This document shows, piece by piece, positions 9,954 to 18,697 of a stretch of DNA of 54,595 bases. Where the stretch lies: the NCBI GenBank assembly GCA_945860565.1, contig CAMAQS010000006.1, forward strand, positions 1 through 54,595. The letters run 5' to 3'. The translations under genes and the position numbers were made by a program. Below the pieces are notes generated by a model, which was not told the DNA's origin, did not search any database, and saw only the letters and a program-made list of their open reading frames with translations. How positions within the stretch are numbered: the first letter of the stretch is position 1; each line of letters begins with the position of its first letter. Source of the stretch: Chitinophaga pinensis. GTDB lineage: Bacteria; Bacteroidota; Bacteroidia; NS11-12g; UBA955.

Positions 9954-11407
9954 CCCCACAGAAACCGGTACGACGAATTTATAAGTTCTTGCATCGGAAT
10001 TTTTTGATGGTCTAACGGATATTTCTCCATAAACATCGATTTCATGTAGTCAATTCGAATGGAAGATTTGGCACTGCGTTGATTCAAAGCCGCTACTGCA
10101 CACAACCATTCTATGGCCAATACATTTTTGGTATTTTCCATTACCTTGTGCAATTTGGTTGCCGCATTGGCACCCATAGAAACATGGTCTTCTTGGCCGT
10201 TGCTACTCACAATGCTGTCGATGCTTGCCGGAGTGCAATACTGTTTATTTTGACTCACCAAAGATGCCGCAGTGTATTGAGCTATCATATAACCACTATC
10301 CACTCCTGCATCTGCCGCCAAATATGGGGTCAATCTGCGCTGACCACTCACCAACAAATAAATGCGGCGTTCCGAAATATTTGCCAATTCAGAAATGGCC
10401 ATGGCGGCATAATCTAACGTTAATGCCAATGGTTGACCATGGAAATTGCCACCGCTCACCACCACCCCATCTTCTTCAAATACATTTGGATTGTCGGTTA
10501 CGGAATTTAGTTCAACTTCCCATGTTTTAAAACAGTATTCTAAGGCATCTAAACTCGCGCCATGCACCTGTGGAATACAGCGAAAACTGTAGGGGTCTTG
10601 AACTTGTGATTTGGACAATTTGGCAATTTCTGAATCATGAAGTATTTCACGAATATCTTGCGCCACTTTAATTTGTCCTATATGCGGCCTTACCCTATGG
10701 ATGGCTTCATGAAATGGCTCCAAACGGCAATCAAATCCATCGATACTGGCACCGCTGATTTCGGCCAATTTTTCTTGGATTTCTGTAATTTGCTCATACG
10801 CCTCGAGTGCATAGGCCAGCATAAACTGCGTGCCATTAATCAATGCCAGTGCTTCTTTTGGCGCCAATGTAATGGGTTCCAATCCATTGTTATTTAACCA
10901 TTCTAAAGCCGAGATGCGATTTTCTCCTTGCCAAACATATCCTTTTCCAATAATTGGTAAAGCCATTTGAGCCAAGGGAGCCAAATCTCCTGATGCACCC
11001 AATGAGCCTTGATCCGTTACGTCAGGAACGACCTTATCGGATTGATTAAACATAAAAGCCAACCTCTCAAAAACAACAGGTCGAATGGCGGAATGTCCTT
11101 TGCTCATATTGAGTAATTTCAACCACATCATTTTCTTCACGATGGACGGTTTAACCCGTTGTCCAACCCCCGCAGCATGCGTAATCAGCAAGTTTTCTTG
11201 TAAGGCGGACAACTCCTTATTTGAAATAACCACATTTTGCAATGATCCGAAACCTGTGTTAACACCATATACTGGATTTGGGGAATTCTCCATGTACTGA
11301 GTTAAAAAGTCCACACTTTTTTGCATGTGTAAACGGGTTTCATCGGTAAGTATAACAGGCTGTTGCATGGCTTGCAATGCTTGTTTTAAAGTATAGGGCT
11401 TATTCAT
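9950..11407 (-). CDS. hutH: histidine ammonia-lyase
   Basis: VYGVNTGFG, MIO-forming GSLGASGDLAPL, QDPYSFRC, GGNFHG, QEDHVSMG. ATG at 11407 overlaps the hisS end. Confidence 0.93.
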   Translation of the reverse strand: MNKPYTLKQALQAMQQPVILTDETRLHMQKSVDFLTQYMENSPNPVYGVNTGFGSLQNVVISNKELSALQENLLITHAAGVGQRVKPSIVKKMMWLKLLNMSKGHSAIRPVVFERLAFMFNQSDKVVPDVTDQGSLGASGDLAPLAQMALPIIGKGYVWQGENRISALEWLNNNGLEPITLAPKEALALINGTQFMLAYALEAYEQITEIQEKLAEISGASIDGFDCRLEPFHEAIHRVRPHIGQIKVAQDIREILHDSEIAKLSKSQVQDPYSFRCIPQVHGASLDALEYCFKTWEVELNSVTDNPNVFEEDGVVVSGGNFHGQPLALTLDYAAMAISELANISERRIYLLVSGQRRLTPYLAADAGVDSGYMIAQYTAASLVSQNKQYCTPASIDSIVSSNGQEDHVSMGANAATKLHKVMENTKNVLAIEWLCAVAALNQRSAKSSIRIDYMKSMFMEKYPLDHQKIPMQELINSSYRFLWG

Positions 11408-12785
11408 TAAAATCAAATTTGTCTGGATGTACTACGTTTTCTATTGACCTAAATTTCTGCTCTCCGGATTTCAAATTTCTGCATTGATATCCACGCATCA
11501 TAAATTCATCTCTTCCAATGATATAGGCATAAGAAAAGTTCAATTTATTGGCATATTCGAGTTGTTTTTTAAGCTTTGCGGCGCTGGGATACACTTCATT
11601 TCTGATGCCCAATTCTCTGAGCCGGCGCGAAAGGGCTGTAGCCGTTGGCAAGTATTCATCTTCCATGGCACAGATTAAAGCCGTGGTGGTATTTTGAAAT
11701 GAAGGAAAAATGCCGGCGGCTTCTAGGGTGTCGTAAATGCGGTCTAACCCGAATGAAACACCCACACCTGAAACATCTTTCAAACCAAACATTCCTGTTA
11801 AATTATCATAGCGGCCACCGCCTCCAATGCTGCCAATTTTAAAGTCTTCAGGAACGCGTTCGTCTGATGTTACCACTTCAAATACACAGCCGGTGTAATA
11901 ACTCAATCCACGTGCAAGGGTTAAATCCAATTGTACGCCTCCATCATCCCCCAAAAACGAGAAAAGCTGCCTTAACTCATTCATTCCCAACATTAATGCG
12001 TCATTTTGAATGGGCTCATACGATGCCAAAGCTTCAAAAAGTTCAGAATTATTTGCATTTTGCGCCACATTCCATAGCCAATTCCAATGTGGAACGGAAT
12101 GGCTTAAGCCTCTATTTTCCAATTCAGCCGCTACCCCATCTTGACCAATTTTATCGGCTTTATCAATGGCTACCATGAATGAGCTCCAATTTTCTTTGGA
12201 ACCCAATACTGGCAAAAACGCATCTAAAATACCCCTATGATTTACCTTTACAGTAACCTTTAAATCCAATGACTTGAAAACTTCTAAATACATTTCAACC
12301 AATTCCGCTTCTGATATAATGGAATTGGCACCCACCACGTCAATGTCGCACTGCCAAAATTCTCTATACCGGCCTTTTTGTGGACGGTCGGCTCTCCAAA
12401 CGGGTTGCATTTGATACCGTTTGAAAGGAAATTGAATTTTGTCGCGATTCATCACTACAAATCTGGCCAAAGGAACAGTTAAATCGTAACGCAATCCACG
12501 GTCTACAATTTTAGGAGTAAGGACTTTATAATCCACATTTGCAAGCAGTTGTGGATCTATTTTCGACAAATATTCGCCTGAATTTAAGACTTTAAAAAGC
12601 AACTGATCGCCTTCATCGCCGTATTTACCTTGTAAAGTTTTAAGATTTTCCAACGCTGGAGTTTCGATGGCGTCAAATCCATGTAATTGGAAAACGCGCT
12701 CCATTGTTGAAAGAATGAATTTGCGTTTTTGCATGGTTTCTACACCAAAATCTCTTGTACCCGAGGGCAACGAAGGTTTTTCCAT
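11400..12785 (-). CDS. hisS: histidine--tRNA ligase
   Basis: PSGTRDF, LRYDLTVP, RADRPQKGRYREFWQCD, LARGLSYYTG, GGGRYD, anticodon-binding C-terminus. Confidence 0.97.
   Translation of the reverse strand: MEKPSLPSGTRDFGVETMQKRKFILSTMERVFQLHGFDAIETPALENLKTLQGKYGDEGDQLLFKVLNSGEYLSKIDPQLLANVDYKVLTPKIVDRGLRYDLTVPLARFVVMNRDKIQFPFKRYQMQPVWRADRPQKGRYREFWQCDIDVVGANSIISEAELVEMYLEVFKSLDLKVTVKVNHRGILDAFLPVLGSKENWSSFMVAIDKADKIGQDGVAAELENRGLSHSVPHWNWLWNVAQNANNSELFEALASYEPIQNDALMLGMNELRQLFSFLGDDGGVQLDLTLARGLSYYTGCVFEVVTSDERVPEDFKIGSIGGGGRYDNLTGMFGLKDVSGVGVSFGLDRIYDTLEAAGIFPSFQNTTTALICAMEDEYLPTATALSRRLRELGIRNEVYPSAAKLKKQLEYANKLNFSYAYIIGRDEFMMRGYQCRNLKSGEQKFRSIENVVHPDKFDFNE
11945..11955 (+). repeat. over-represented motif CATCCCCCAAA, exact copy (in hisS)
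   Basis: Read directly. Confidence 0.7.
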
Positions 12786-12848
12786 GCTGCGAATTTAGGA
12801 CTTATTTTCTAGGGTAGCCAACAGTCCGCTGTGGTAAATGAAAAGAAA

Positions 12849-13361
12849 TTAATTTCCAGACAAAGCCCGAAGTTGCTCTTCTAGCTCGTCTTCAGCACCA
12901 GGAGTATAGCCTTGATGTGTATAAACAATTTTACCTTTTGAATCTACAATAAAGGTCATTGGAGGATTATTTACGTTCATTGCACGCGCCAAATCTTGAT
13001 TCTGGTCTATGGCAATGGTATACGCCCAACCTTCACCCAATACTTTTGGTTTCACTTTTTTAACATTGCGGGCATCGTCGATGCTCACAGCCACCAATTC
13101 CATGTTGTATTTTTTGCTCCATTCTTCATAATGGGCATCGATGGCTTGAAGTTCTTTTATGCAGGGACCGCACCAAGTGGCCCAAAAGGAGATTACCGTG
13201 ATTTTACCAGAATCGACCATGCTGCGAAAATCAACAGATTCACCATCAATGGTTTCTACCTTTATGGAAGGCACAGTTTCTTGAGCCGAAAGGGTGCTAA
13301 CAAACAATAAAGACAGTGCGACAAGAAAAAATCCAGGTTTCATATATACAAATTTATTCAT
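12849..13361 (-). CDS. TlpA-family thiol-disulfide reductase (exported thioredoxin-like)
   Basis: Signal peptide and FWATWCGPC motif. Alternative start at 13343 (MKPGFF). Confidence 0.9.
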   Translation of the reverse strand: MNKFVYMKPGFFLVALSLLFVSTLSAQETVPSIKVETIDGESVDFRSMVDSGKITVISFWATWCGPCIKELQAIDAHYEEWSKKYNMELVAVSIDDARNVKKVKPKVLGEGWAYTIAIDQNQDLARAMNVNNPPMTFIVDSKGKIVYTHQGYTPGAEDELEEQLRALSGN

Positions 13362-13375
13362 TTTGGGGGATGTTT
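13359..13375 (-). repeat. extended motif AAACATCCCCCAAAATG, exact 17-mer copy
   Basis: CATTTTGGGGGATGTTT on the + strand. Identical 17-mers at 37803 and (reverse) 46951. Confidence 0.75.
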
Positions 13376-13397
13376 GGCGGTTGTTTAGATGAAATGT

Positions 13398-13412
13398 TCA
13401 AATACCATGCCA
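13398..13412 (-). promoter_or_regulatory. putative sigma-54-type promoter of tlpA (TGGCA-N6-TTGA)
   Basis: Minus strand TGGCATGGTATTTGA, same form as the element upstream of dnaK. Confidence 0.4.
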
Positions 13413-13421
13413 TAATTTGGA

Positions 13422-13799
13422 TTATTTAGGTTCCCACAATTCAATTCGGTTGCCGTTGATGTCGTTAATCCATGCAAATTTTCCGTAATCGTAGTCTTCC
13501 ATGGGTTTTACTTGCATTACTCCTTGACTTTCTAATTGGATTAATAGTGCATCCATGTTTTGCACGATGTAATTTATCATAAAGGGCTGATTGTTGTCAC
13601 CAAAATAATCGCTGCTTCTTTTGAATACATTCCAAACGGTAAGTCCTTCGGTGGTCTTGTCATTTGCATCAATCCAAGGAAATGATTTACCCCATTCTTG
13701 GGCATCAAATCCGAGCATTTCGTTGTACCATTCGCGTGTTTCTTGGGCGTTGTCGCTTTTAAAAAAGACGCCGCCAATTCCAGTGATTTTTCCTTCCAT
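13422..13799 (-). CDS. VOC/glyoxalase family protein
   Basis: ITGIGGVFFK, FMINYIV, YGKFAW..D..GNRIELWEP. Confidence 0.9.
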   Translation of the reverse strand: MEGKITGIGGVFFKSDNAQETREWYNEMLGFDAQEWGKSFPWIDANDKTTEGLTVWNVFKRSSDYFGDNNQPFMINYIVQNMDALLIQLESQGVMQVKPMEDYDYGKFAWINDINGNRIELWEPK

Positions 13800-13901
13800 G
13801 ATTGTAGTTGCTTTACAAATATAAAGAAAATGGTCTATTCTCTTTGGATGGCTTTACTCTATAATTGGGGGTTTGAGACATCAGTCCCGATGTTTTTAGG
13901 A

Positions 13902-14714
13902 TTAGTCAATAATTATTAACTTGGCCACTTTAATTTCATTGTTTCCTTCGGATAGTCGAATGCAATACACGCCACTTGTAAGATTGTCGCGGGAAAATGG
14001 AATTGTATGCCCCGAAATGTTTTTCACCTGCTTTAAAGTCTGTCCAAATGCGTTAAAAACTGTTAGGGTTGCATTTTGAAGATTGCCTGTTGTCTGCATG
14101 GTTGTTGAGGATACAAAAGGATTGGGAAAAATCGAAAAAACATCCTTGTTTGAACTTTCAATAGCATCTAAAGTGGTTTGTCCCGACTGAATGCATGTAT
14201 TTGGGGCGCTTTCGTAGGCGTAATCTTTTACTGTAAAGGATGAGGATGTTGCCAGCACATCTATTCGTACCCAGCCATAGTAGGTGTCTGCCCCCACAAT
14301 TAACTTTAGGGCTAAATATTTATTGGTTTCACCTACCCAGTAACCGCCGTTTGTTCCGAAAGCCAATGTGCCAGGGTTATTTGTATCATACCATGTTTTT
14401 AGAGAATCACAAATATTATAGGACGCAGACAATGCCCATGGTAAATGGACTCCACCAATTAAATTTCCTGAATAAGCGTTGTTGTTTTGCGGGGAACAAA
14501 TCACACCCATTCCTGCACCATCAATAACACCGTAATGAATGACGAAATCAACAATGGTGTCATTGTTTAAATCTAAAGAATACGTTGCATTGGTTGTAGC
14601 GTCCGGGATATCGGTATATACAATTTGCGCGGTTAAACTGCCGTTGAAAAAACCCAATATCAAGAAGCACCATAAGGATGACCAATTTTTCAGAAACTCA
14701 ATTTTAGTTTTCAT
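13902..14714 (-). CDS. secreted protein with T9SS type A C-terminal sorting domain
   Basis: Signal peptide and C-terminal FSIFPNPF...LTSGVYCIRL...KLIIID. Confidence 0.88.
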   Translation of the reverse strand: MKTKIEFLKNWSSLWCFLILGFFNGSLTAQIVYTDIPDATTNATYSLDLNNDTIVDFVIHYGVIDGAGMGVICSPQNNNAYSGNLIGGVHLPWALSASYNICDSLKTWYDTNNPGTLAFGTNGGYWVGETNKYLALKLIVGADTYYGWVRIDVLATSSSFTVKDYAYESAPNTCIQSGQTTLDAIESSNKDVFSIFPNPFVSSTTMQTTGNLQNATLTVFNAFGQTLKQVKNISGHTIPFSRDNLTSGVYCIRLSEGNNEIKVAKLIIID

Positions 14715-14870
14715 TTTTTGTTATTGGGGTTATTGTGATACCGCTGCAAGTTGAATTGTAAATATAACACTGTTTTTGGAACGGTTCAGCTCAATAAGTT
14801 GGTTTTATCAATAAATATTCGGCTTAGACATTATTTCGTTTCTTCGGCTCTTACTTTTACAACTAGTAAC

Positions 14871-14960
14871 AACCCACCCCGTCGGCCGTGGCATAATATG
14901 TTCGAGCGAAATATCTTGCGTAACGGCCGCCACCCCTCCGTCGGATGGGAATTTCATGGG
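14871..14960 (+). repeat. structured intergenic repeat, copy 1 (REP/MITE-like)
   Basis: AACCCACCCCGTCGGCCGTG...CGTAACGGCCGCCACCCCTCCG..GGGAATTTCATGGG. The first 20 nt are identical to copy 2 at 16095. Confidence 0.85.
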
Positions 14961-15028
14961 GTCCATTTTTACCCTTTCTAGCAGAATAACCCAAGGCGAA
15001 ATGAATTAATCGAGCATTTTCACCGCAA

Positions 15029-15862
15029 TTATTTGTGCAATTTTATCAATGTTTCTTCGATGAATTTATTTTTAACTTTATAAGCGACAAATGTTTTATT
15101 TGAATCCGAATTTACAAAACTAAACCCTTTGCTTTTGAGCAGTCCTGTAAAAACGTCGATGTGGTTTAATTTAATATCTCCGCCAACGTCAGCTGCAAAA
15201 AAATACCCATCGTGAATTGATTTGGATCCATCGGGTAACAAAATTTCGATTCCAACTGCATTTGGAATGAATATCAAAGTTCCAATTGGTATTTTGGTTT
15301 TGTCAACTGCAATTGTTCTGTATGGAATCAATTTAAAACCATTTACACCGTCTCCAAATTTCCCTTTTGCTTTATACCAAAGAGCATATCGAATTCCTAT
15401 ATTCTTGTAATTTGAATATTTTTTACATTTTGAACAATCAACTTGTTCTGTTTTTGATTTTCCTCAATGGTTTAGTGTCAAGGGATTCCCAATGCTATCC
15501 GTAGTGTAAATAGTCCCTTCCACCGCTGCCTCACACCAATCGCATAATTCAATTTTAACGCCTATTGGTTTTTCATTTAGATCCTTAAGTTCTATTCCTG
15601 TTTTTGAATATTTTGCTTCATGAATATAGTATTGAGTTGCCCATAGTTCCATTTGGGGACAGTTTATTAAATCGTTCAAACTATCGGGCATCATAAATCC
15701 AAAACCGTTGTTGTCGAGTCGGTTAAGTTGAGATTGCAAAATAAAATTGCTATTGTCGATACCTTCAACTCCTGTTTGAGTCAGGTTGTGGAAGTCTTTC
15801 TTTTGTCCAAAAATATTGGTCGAAAACGCTAATAATGTCAAAAAAAGGAAGTTGATTTTCAT
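15029..15862 (-). pseudogene. exported 3D-domain (MltA C-terminal-like) protein interrupted by one in-frame TGA at 15464-15466
   Basis: ORFs 15464..15862 and 15029..15331 are in the same frame. The intervening sequence reads TLNH*GKSKTEQVDCSKCKKYSNYKNIGIRYALWYKAKGKFGDGVNGFKLIPYRTIAVD with no other stop. 3D motifs IAVD..IPIG, AADVGGDIK..HIDVFTG. Confidence 0.85.
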
Positions 15863-16094
15863 ATTTTGGTATGGATGTTAATAAAGAATCTCCGTTAACA
15901 TGCTTTTAAACGAATATACATTAATTCTAATTTTGTTACTAGATGCCCAAAGCTCATTTATTCGTTGTTGGCGCATCTTAGCAATTCAGTTTCGTCCTAA
16001 TCAATATTACCTGTGCTTTTTTGTCGATTGTGCATTTTACTAAACTTGTTTGTGGAAGTCGCGTTTTGTAGATGAATAATGTGATAAGTAATAA

Positions 16095-16183
16095 AACCCA
16101 CCCCGTCGGCCGTGAATTAATATATTCAAATTAAACGCAATACGTAACGGCCGACACCCCTCCGGGGAGGGGAATTTCATGGG
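16095..16183 (+). repeat. structured intergenic repeat, copy 2
   Basis: GTCGGCCGT...ACGGCCGAC stem followed by CCCCTCC-GG-GGAGGGG hairpin. Same orientation as copy 1. Confidence 0.85.
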
Positions 16184-16323
16184 TACTATAGGGGATTATA
16201 GATAAAATGTCTGTGCATTTTATGCGAAAGTGGGATTTGAGATTTTTGGTTTGTGCAAATTTCAGTGATGTAATATGTGGTAATGGAAAAAACAGTAAAT
16301 TCGTTTTTCTACACACTGAATCC

Positions 16324-16656
16324 ATGCACTATTTAAAATTGAATCGAGCACATCTCCTTTTTTTGATACTCGTATTTTCCCTTTGGGGATGCAAAAAACA
16401 TACATATTCCGCATGTTTTAACATGGATAAATCGACCATTTCAGTGGGTGATTCCGTTGTCCTTTCCAATTGTTCTAATTTTGATGGTGGATATACAGAA
16501 TGCCTTTGGGATTTTGGTGATGGGAAAAGTGAATTTTCAAACGGAACAGATGTCATTAAACATCAATATAATACCCTTGGACAATTTGAAGTTAAACTGA
16601 CCATTGGAGAAAAAGAGAATTCTTCGGTGGTGTCAAAAGCAATTATTGTGAAATAG
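16324..16656 (+). CDS. small PKD-domain lipoprotein
   Basis: Lipobox LWG-C, and PKD core VGDSVVLSN..WDFGDG...HQY...GQFEVKLT. Start moved to ATG 16324. Confidence 0.8.
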   Translation: MHYLKLNRAHLLFLILVFSLWGCKKHTYSACFNMDKSTISVGDSVVLSNCSNFDGGYTECLWDFGDGKSEFSNGTDVIKHQYNTLGQFEVKLTIGEKENSSVVSKAIIVK

Positions 16657-16770
16657 AATGTTTGCACCTCCATTCATGAGATTGCTTTAAAACCAAAAAC
16701 CAACACGTTTTGGGTGGCAACACGGTATTTCTCGGACCACATTCTTTGGACTTCAAAATTTCTAATTTAT

Positions 16771-16834
16771 TAACTTTTCGCCATCGTAATGACCAATAGT
16801 TATAACTTTTGGTCATTATAATGACTTTTAGTTA
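16771..16834. promoter_or_regulatory. tandem 32-bp palindromic operator array overlapping the ATPase promoter
   Basis: TAACTTTTCGCCATCGTAATGACCAATAGTTA + TAACTTTTGGTCATTATAATGACTTTTAGTTA (25/32 identical). The array runs into the -7 box TATATTTG at 16833-16840. Confidence 0.7.
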
Positions 16835-16845
16835 TATTTGTAGCG

Positions 16846-17967
16846 ATGTTTTTGAGAACAATTGAGCAAAATTTGAAGAAAAAACTAAAGCCAGGAAAAG
16901 CGATAGTGTTAATTGGTGCGAGACAAGTTGGGAAAACAACGTTGATAAAATCAATCTTAAAAGATGTAGATCATCTTTTTTTAGATGCCGATGACCCTTC
17001 TATACGAGCCCTATTAACCAATCCCACTACTTCAGAATTGCGAAGTATTATCGGGAAGTACACGTACATTTTTATAGATGAAGCTCAACGGATTCCATCG
17101 ATTGGTTTAACTTTAAAAATCATTACAGACCAATTTCCGCAGGTGCAGTTATTGGTAAGTGGATCATCAGCATTTGAACTAAACAATATAATTAATGAAC
17201 CACTTACCGGAAGAAAGTGGGAATACGAACTGTATCCTTTGAGTTGGCAAGAATTTGAAAACAAATTAGGCTATGTAAACGCTGAACAACAATTGGAAGA
17301 TAGATTATTGTATGGCTTTTATCCTGAGGTAATAAACAATCAAGGCGAAGAAAAAGAAACATTAAAAAATATCGTTAACAGTTATTTGTATAGGGACTTA
17401 TTGGCATTTACGGAAATAAGAAAACCGGATTTTTTGGAAAAACTATTGCAAGCTTTGGCAATTCAAGTAGGAAGTGAAGTCAATTACAATGAATTAGCCC
17501 AATTGGTTGGGATCAACAAAGTAACCATCCAAAATTACTTAGATATATTAGAGCGTAGTTTTGTAATATTCCGTTTGCCCAGTTTTAGTCGCAATCTCCT
17601 GAATGAAATAAAACAAAATCGCAAAGTTTATTTCTATGATAATGGACTTCGAAATATGATTATTGGTAACTTTTCTCCGTTGGAATTACGTTCAGACAAA
17701 GGAGCATTGTGGGAGAATTTTTTAATGGCTGAGCGCAAAAAACAAAATAGCTACTATCAAACTTTTGCTAAAATGTATTTTTGGAGAACCAAGCAACAAC
17801 AAGAAATTGATTACATTGAAGAAAAAGACGGCTCATTGCATGCTTTTGAATTTAAGTGGAAATCATTGGGGGCAAAATTGCCAACTACTTTTGGAAAGAC
17901 ATATGACTCCGATTTTACCATTATAAATCGCAGTAATTTTCGAGATTTCGTAAAATTTGACCATTAA
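16846..17967 (+). CDS. AAA+ ATPase (AAA_14) with DUF4143 / PD-(D/E)XK-like C-terminus
   Basis: Walker A GARQVGKT, Walker B IFIDEAQ, SGSS, LTGR, helix-turn-helix-like YNELAQLVGINKVTIQNYL, KVYFYDNG, EIDY...AFEFK. Confidence 0.92.
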   Translation: MFLRTIEQNLKKKLKPGKAIVLIGARQVGKTTLIKSILKDVDHLFLDADDPSIRALLTNPTTSELRSIIGKYTYIFIDEAQRIPSIGLTLKIITDQFPQVQLLVSGSSAFELNNIINEPLTGRKWEYELYPLSWQEFENKLGYVNAEQQLEDRLLYGFYPEVINNQGEEKETLKNIVNSYLYRDLLAFTEIRKPDFLEKLLQALAIQVGSEVNYNELAQLVGINKVTIQNYLDILERSFVIFRLPSFSRNLLNEIKQNRKVYFYDNGLRNMIIGNFSPLELRSDKGALWENFLMAERKKQNSYYQTFAKMYFWRTKQQQEIDYIEEKDGSLHAFEFKWKSLGAKLPTTFGKTYDSDFTIINRSNFRDFVKFDH

Positions 17968-18059
17968 AGTCAATGAAATGTTGAGAATTCAAATCCATCT
18001 TAAAGACATAAAGTTGTCTCTCAAAAATCAATACTTAAATTTTCAAGACCTACACATCC

Positions 18060-18575
18060 TTATATAGACAATTTCATTTTCCGCCACTCTTCCGGTGTCA
18101 AAATCTCTGAATTGGTTTCAATGAGAACTCCGTCTACCCCAGCTGCGTTGGCGCAATCTATGTCGCGCTGCCTATCGCCAATCATTAAACAATTGGCAGA
18201 GTTTAATTGATATCTATGCAACGCCTTTTCAATCATTAAACTGCCCGGTTTGCGGCAAAAACAGCGGCCTGAATAAGCTTCATGGTGGGGACAATAAAAA
18301 AATTCGGTAATGTGAAATTCTCTAAAAATGCATTCCCCGTTTACAAATTGGTGCATGGCCATCACTTCATTTTCAGAATAAAGTTGTTTGGCGAGTCCAC
18401 CTTGGTTGGTTATAACGAATAGCAAGTATCCTTCGTCGAACCACAATTTCATTTTTTGGAGGATGGTGGGCAACAGCACAAATTCTGCCAACGACTTGGT
18501 GTAGTCACCGGGATCGTGATTAATAACTCCATCGCGGTCTAAAAACAGTGCTTTTTTCGAATTATGGGAGTGCAT
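18060..18575 (-). CDS. HAD-IIIA hydrolase, GmhB-like (heptose-1,7-bisphosphate phosphatase family)
   Basis: FLDRDGVIN, ITNQGG, CPHH...CFCRKPG, MIGDRQRD. Confidence 0.88.
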   Translation of the reverse strand: MHSHNSKKALFLDRDGVINHDPGDYTKSLAEFVLLPTILQKMKLWFDEGYLLFVITNQGGLAKQLYSENEVMAMHQFVNGECIFREFHITEFFYCPHHEAYSGRCFCRKPGSLMIEKALHRYQLNSANCLMIGDRQRDIDCANAAGVDGVLIETNSEILTPEEWRKMKLSI

Positions 18576-18697
18576 TATCCCTCAAAAATACACTTTTAAT
18601 AATGAAAATTAGGAGAATGTCATGTTGAATAATGCAAATATGCAGACGTATACACCTCATTTTTTGCGACAAAAAAAACCTATTTTTGCCATCTCTT

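Noticed and set aside
14751-14981. 76-aa ORF, and the 16131-16325 ORF, spanning the structured repeats
   Set aside because: These frames run through repeat copies 1 and 2 and have no protein features.
15464-15466. Alternative genetic code (TGA as Trp/Gly)
   Set aside because: TGA terminates conserved genes at expected positions (trmD, exonuclease, RluA, porT), and Trp is encoded by TGG throughout.
14871-16183. Possible CRISPR array or integron attC cassette array
   Set aside because: Only two local copies, 1.2 kb apart, with no regular spacers and no cas or intI gene. I could not identify convincing RYYYAAC/GTTRRRY boxes at the gene ends.
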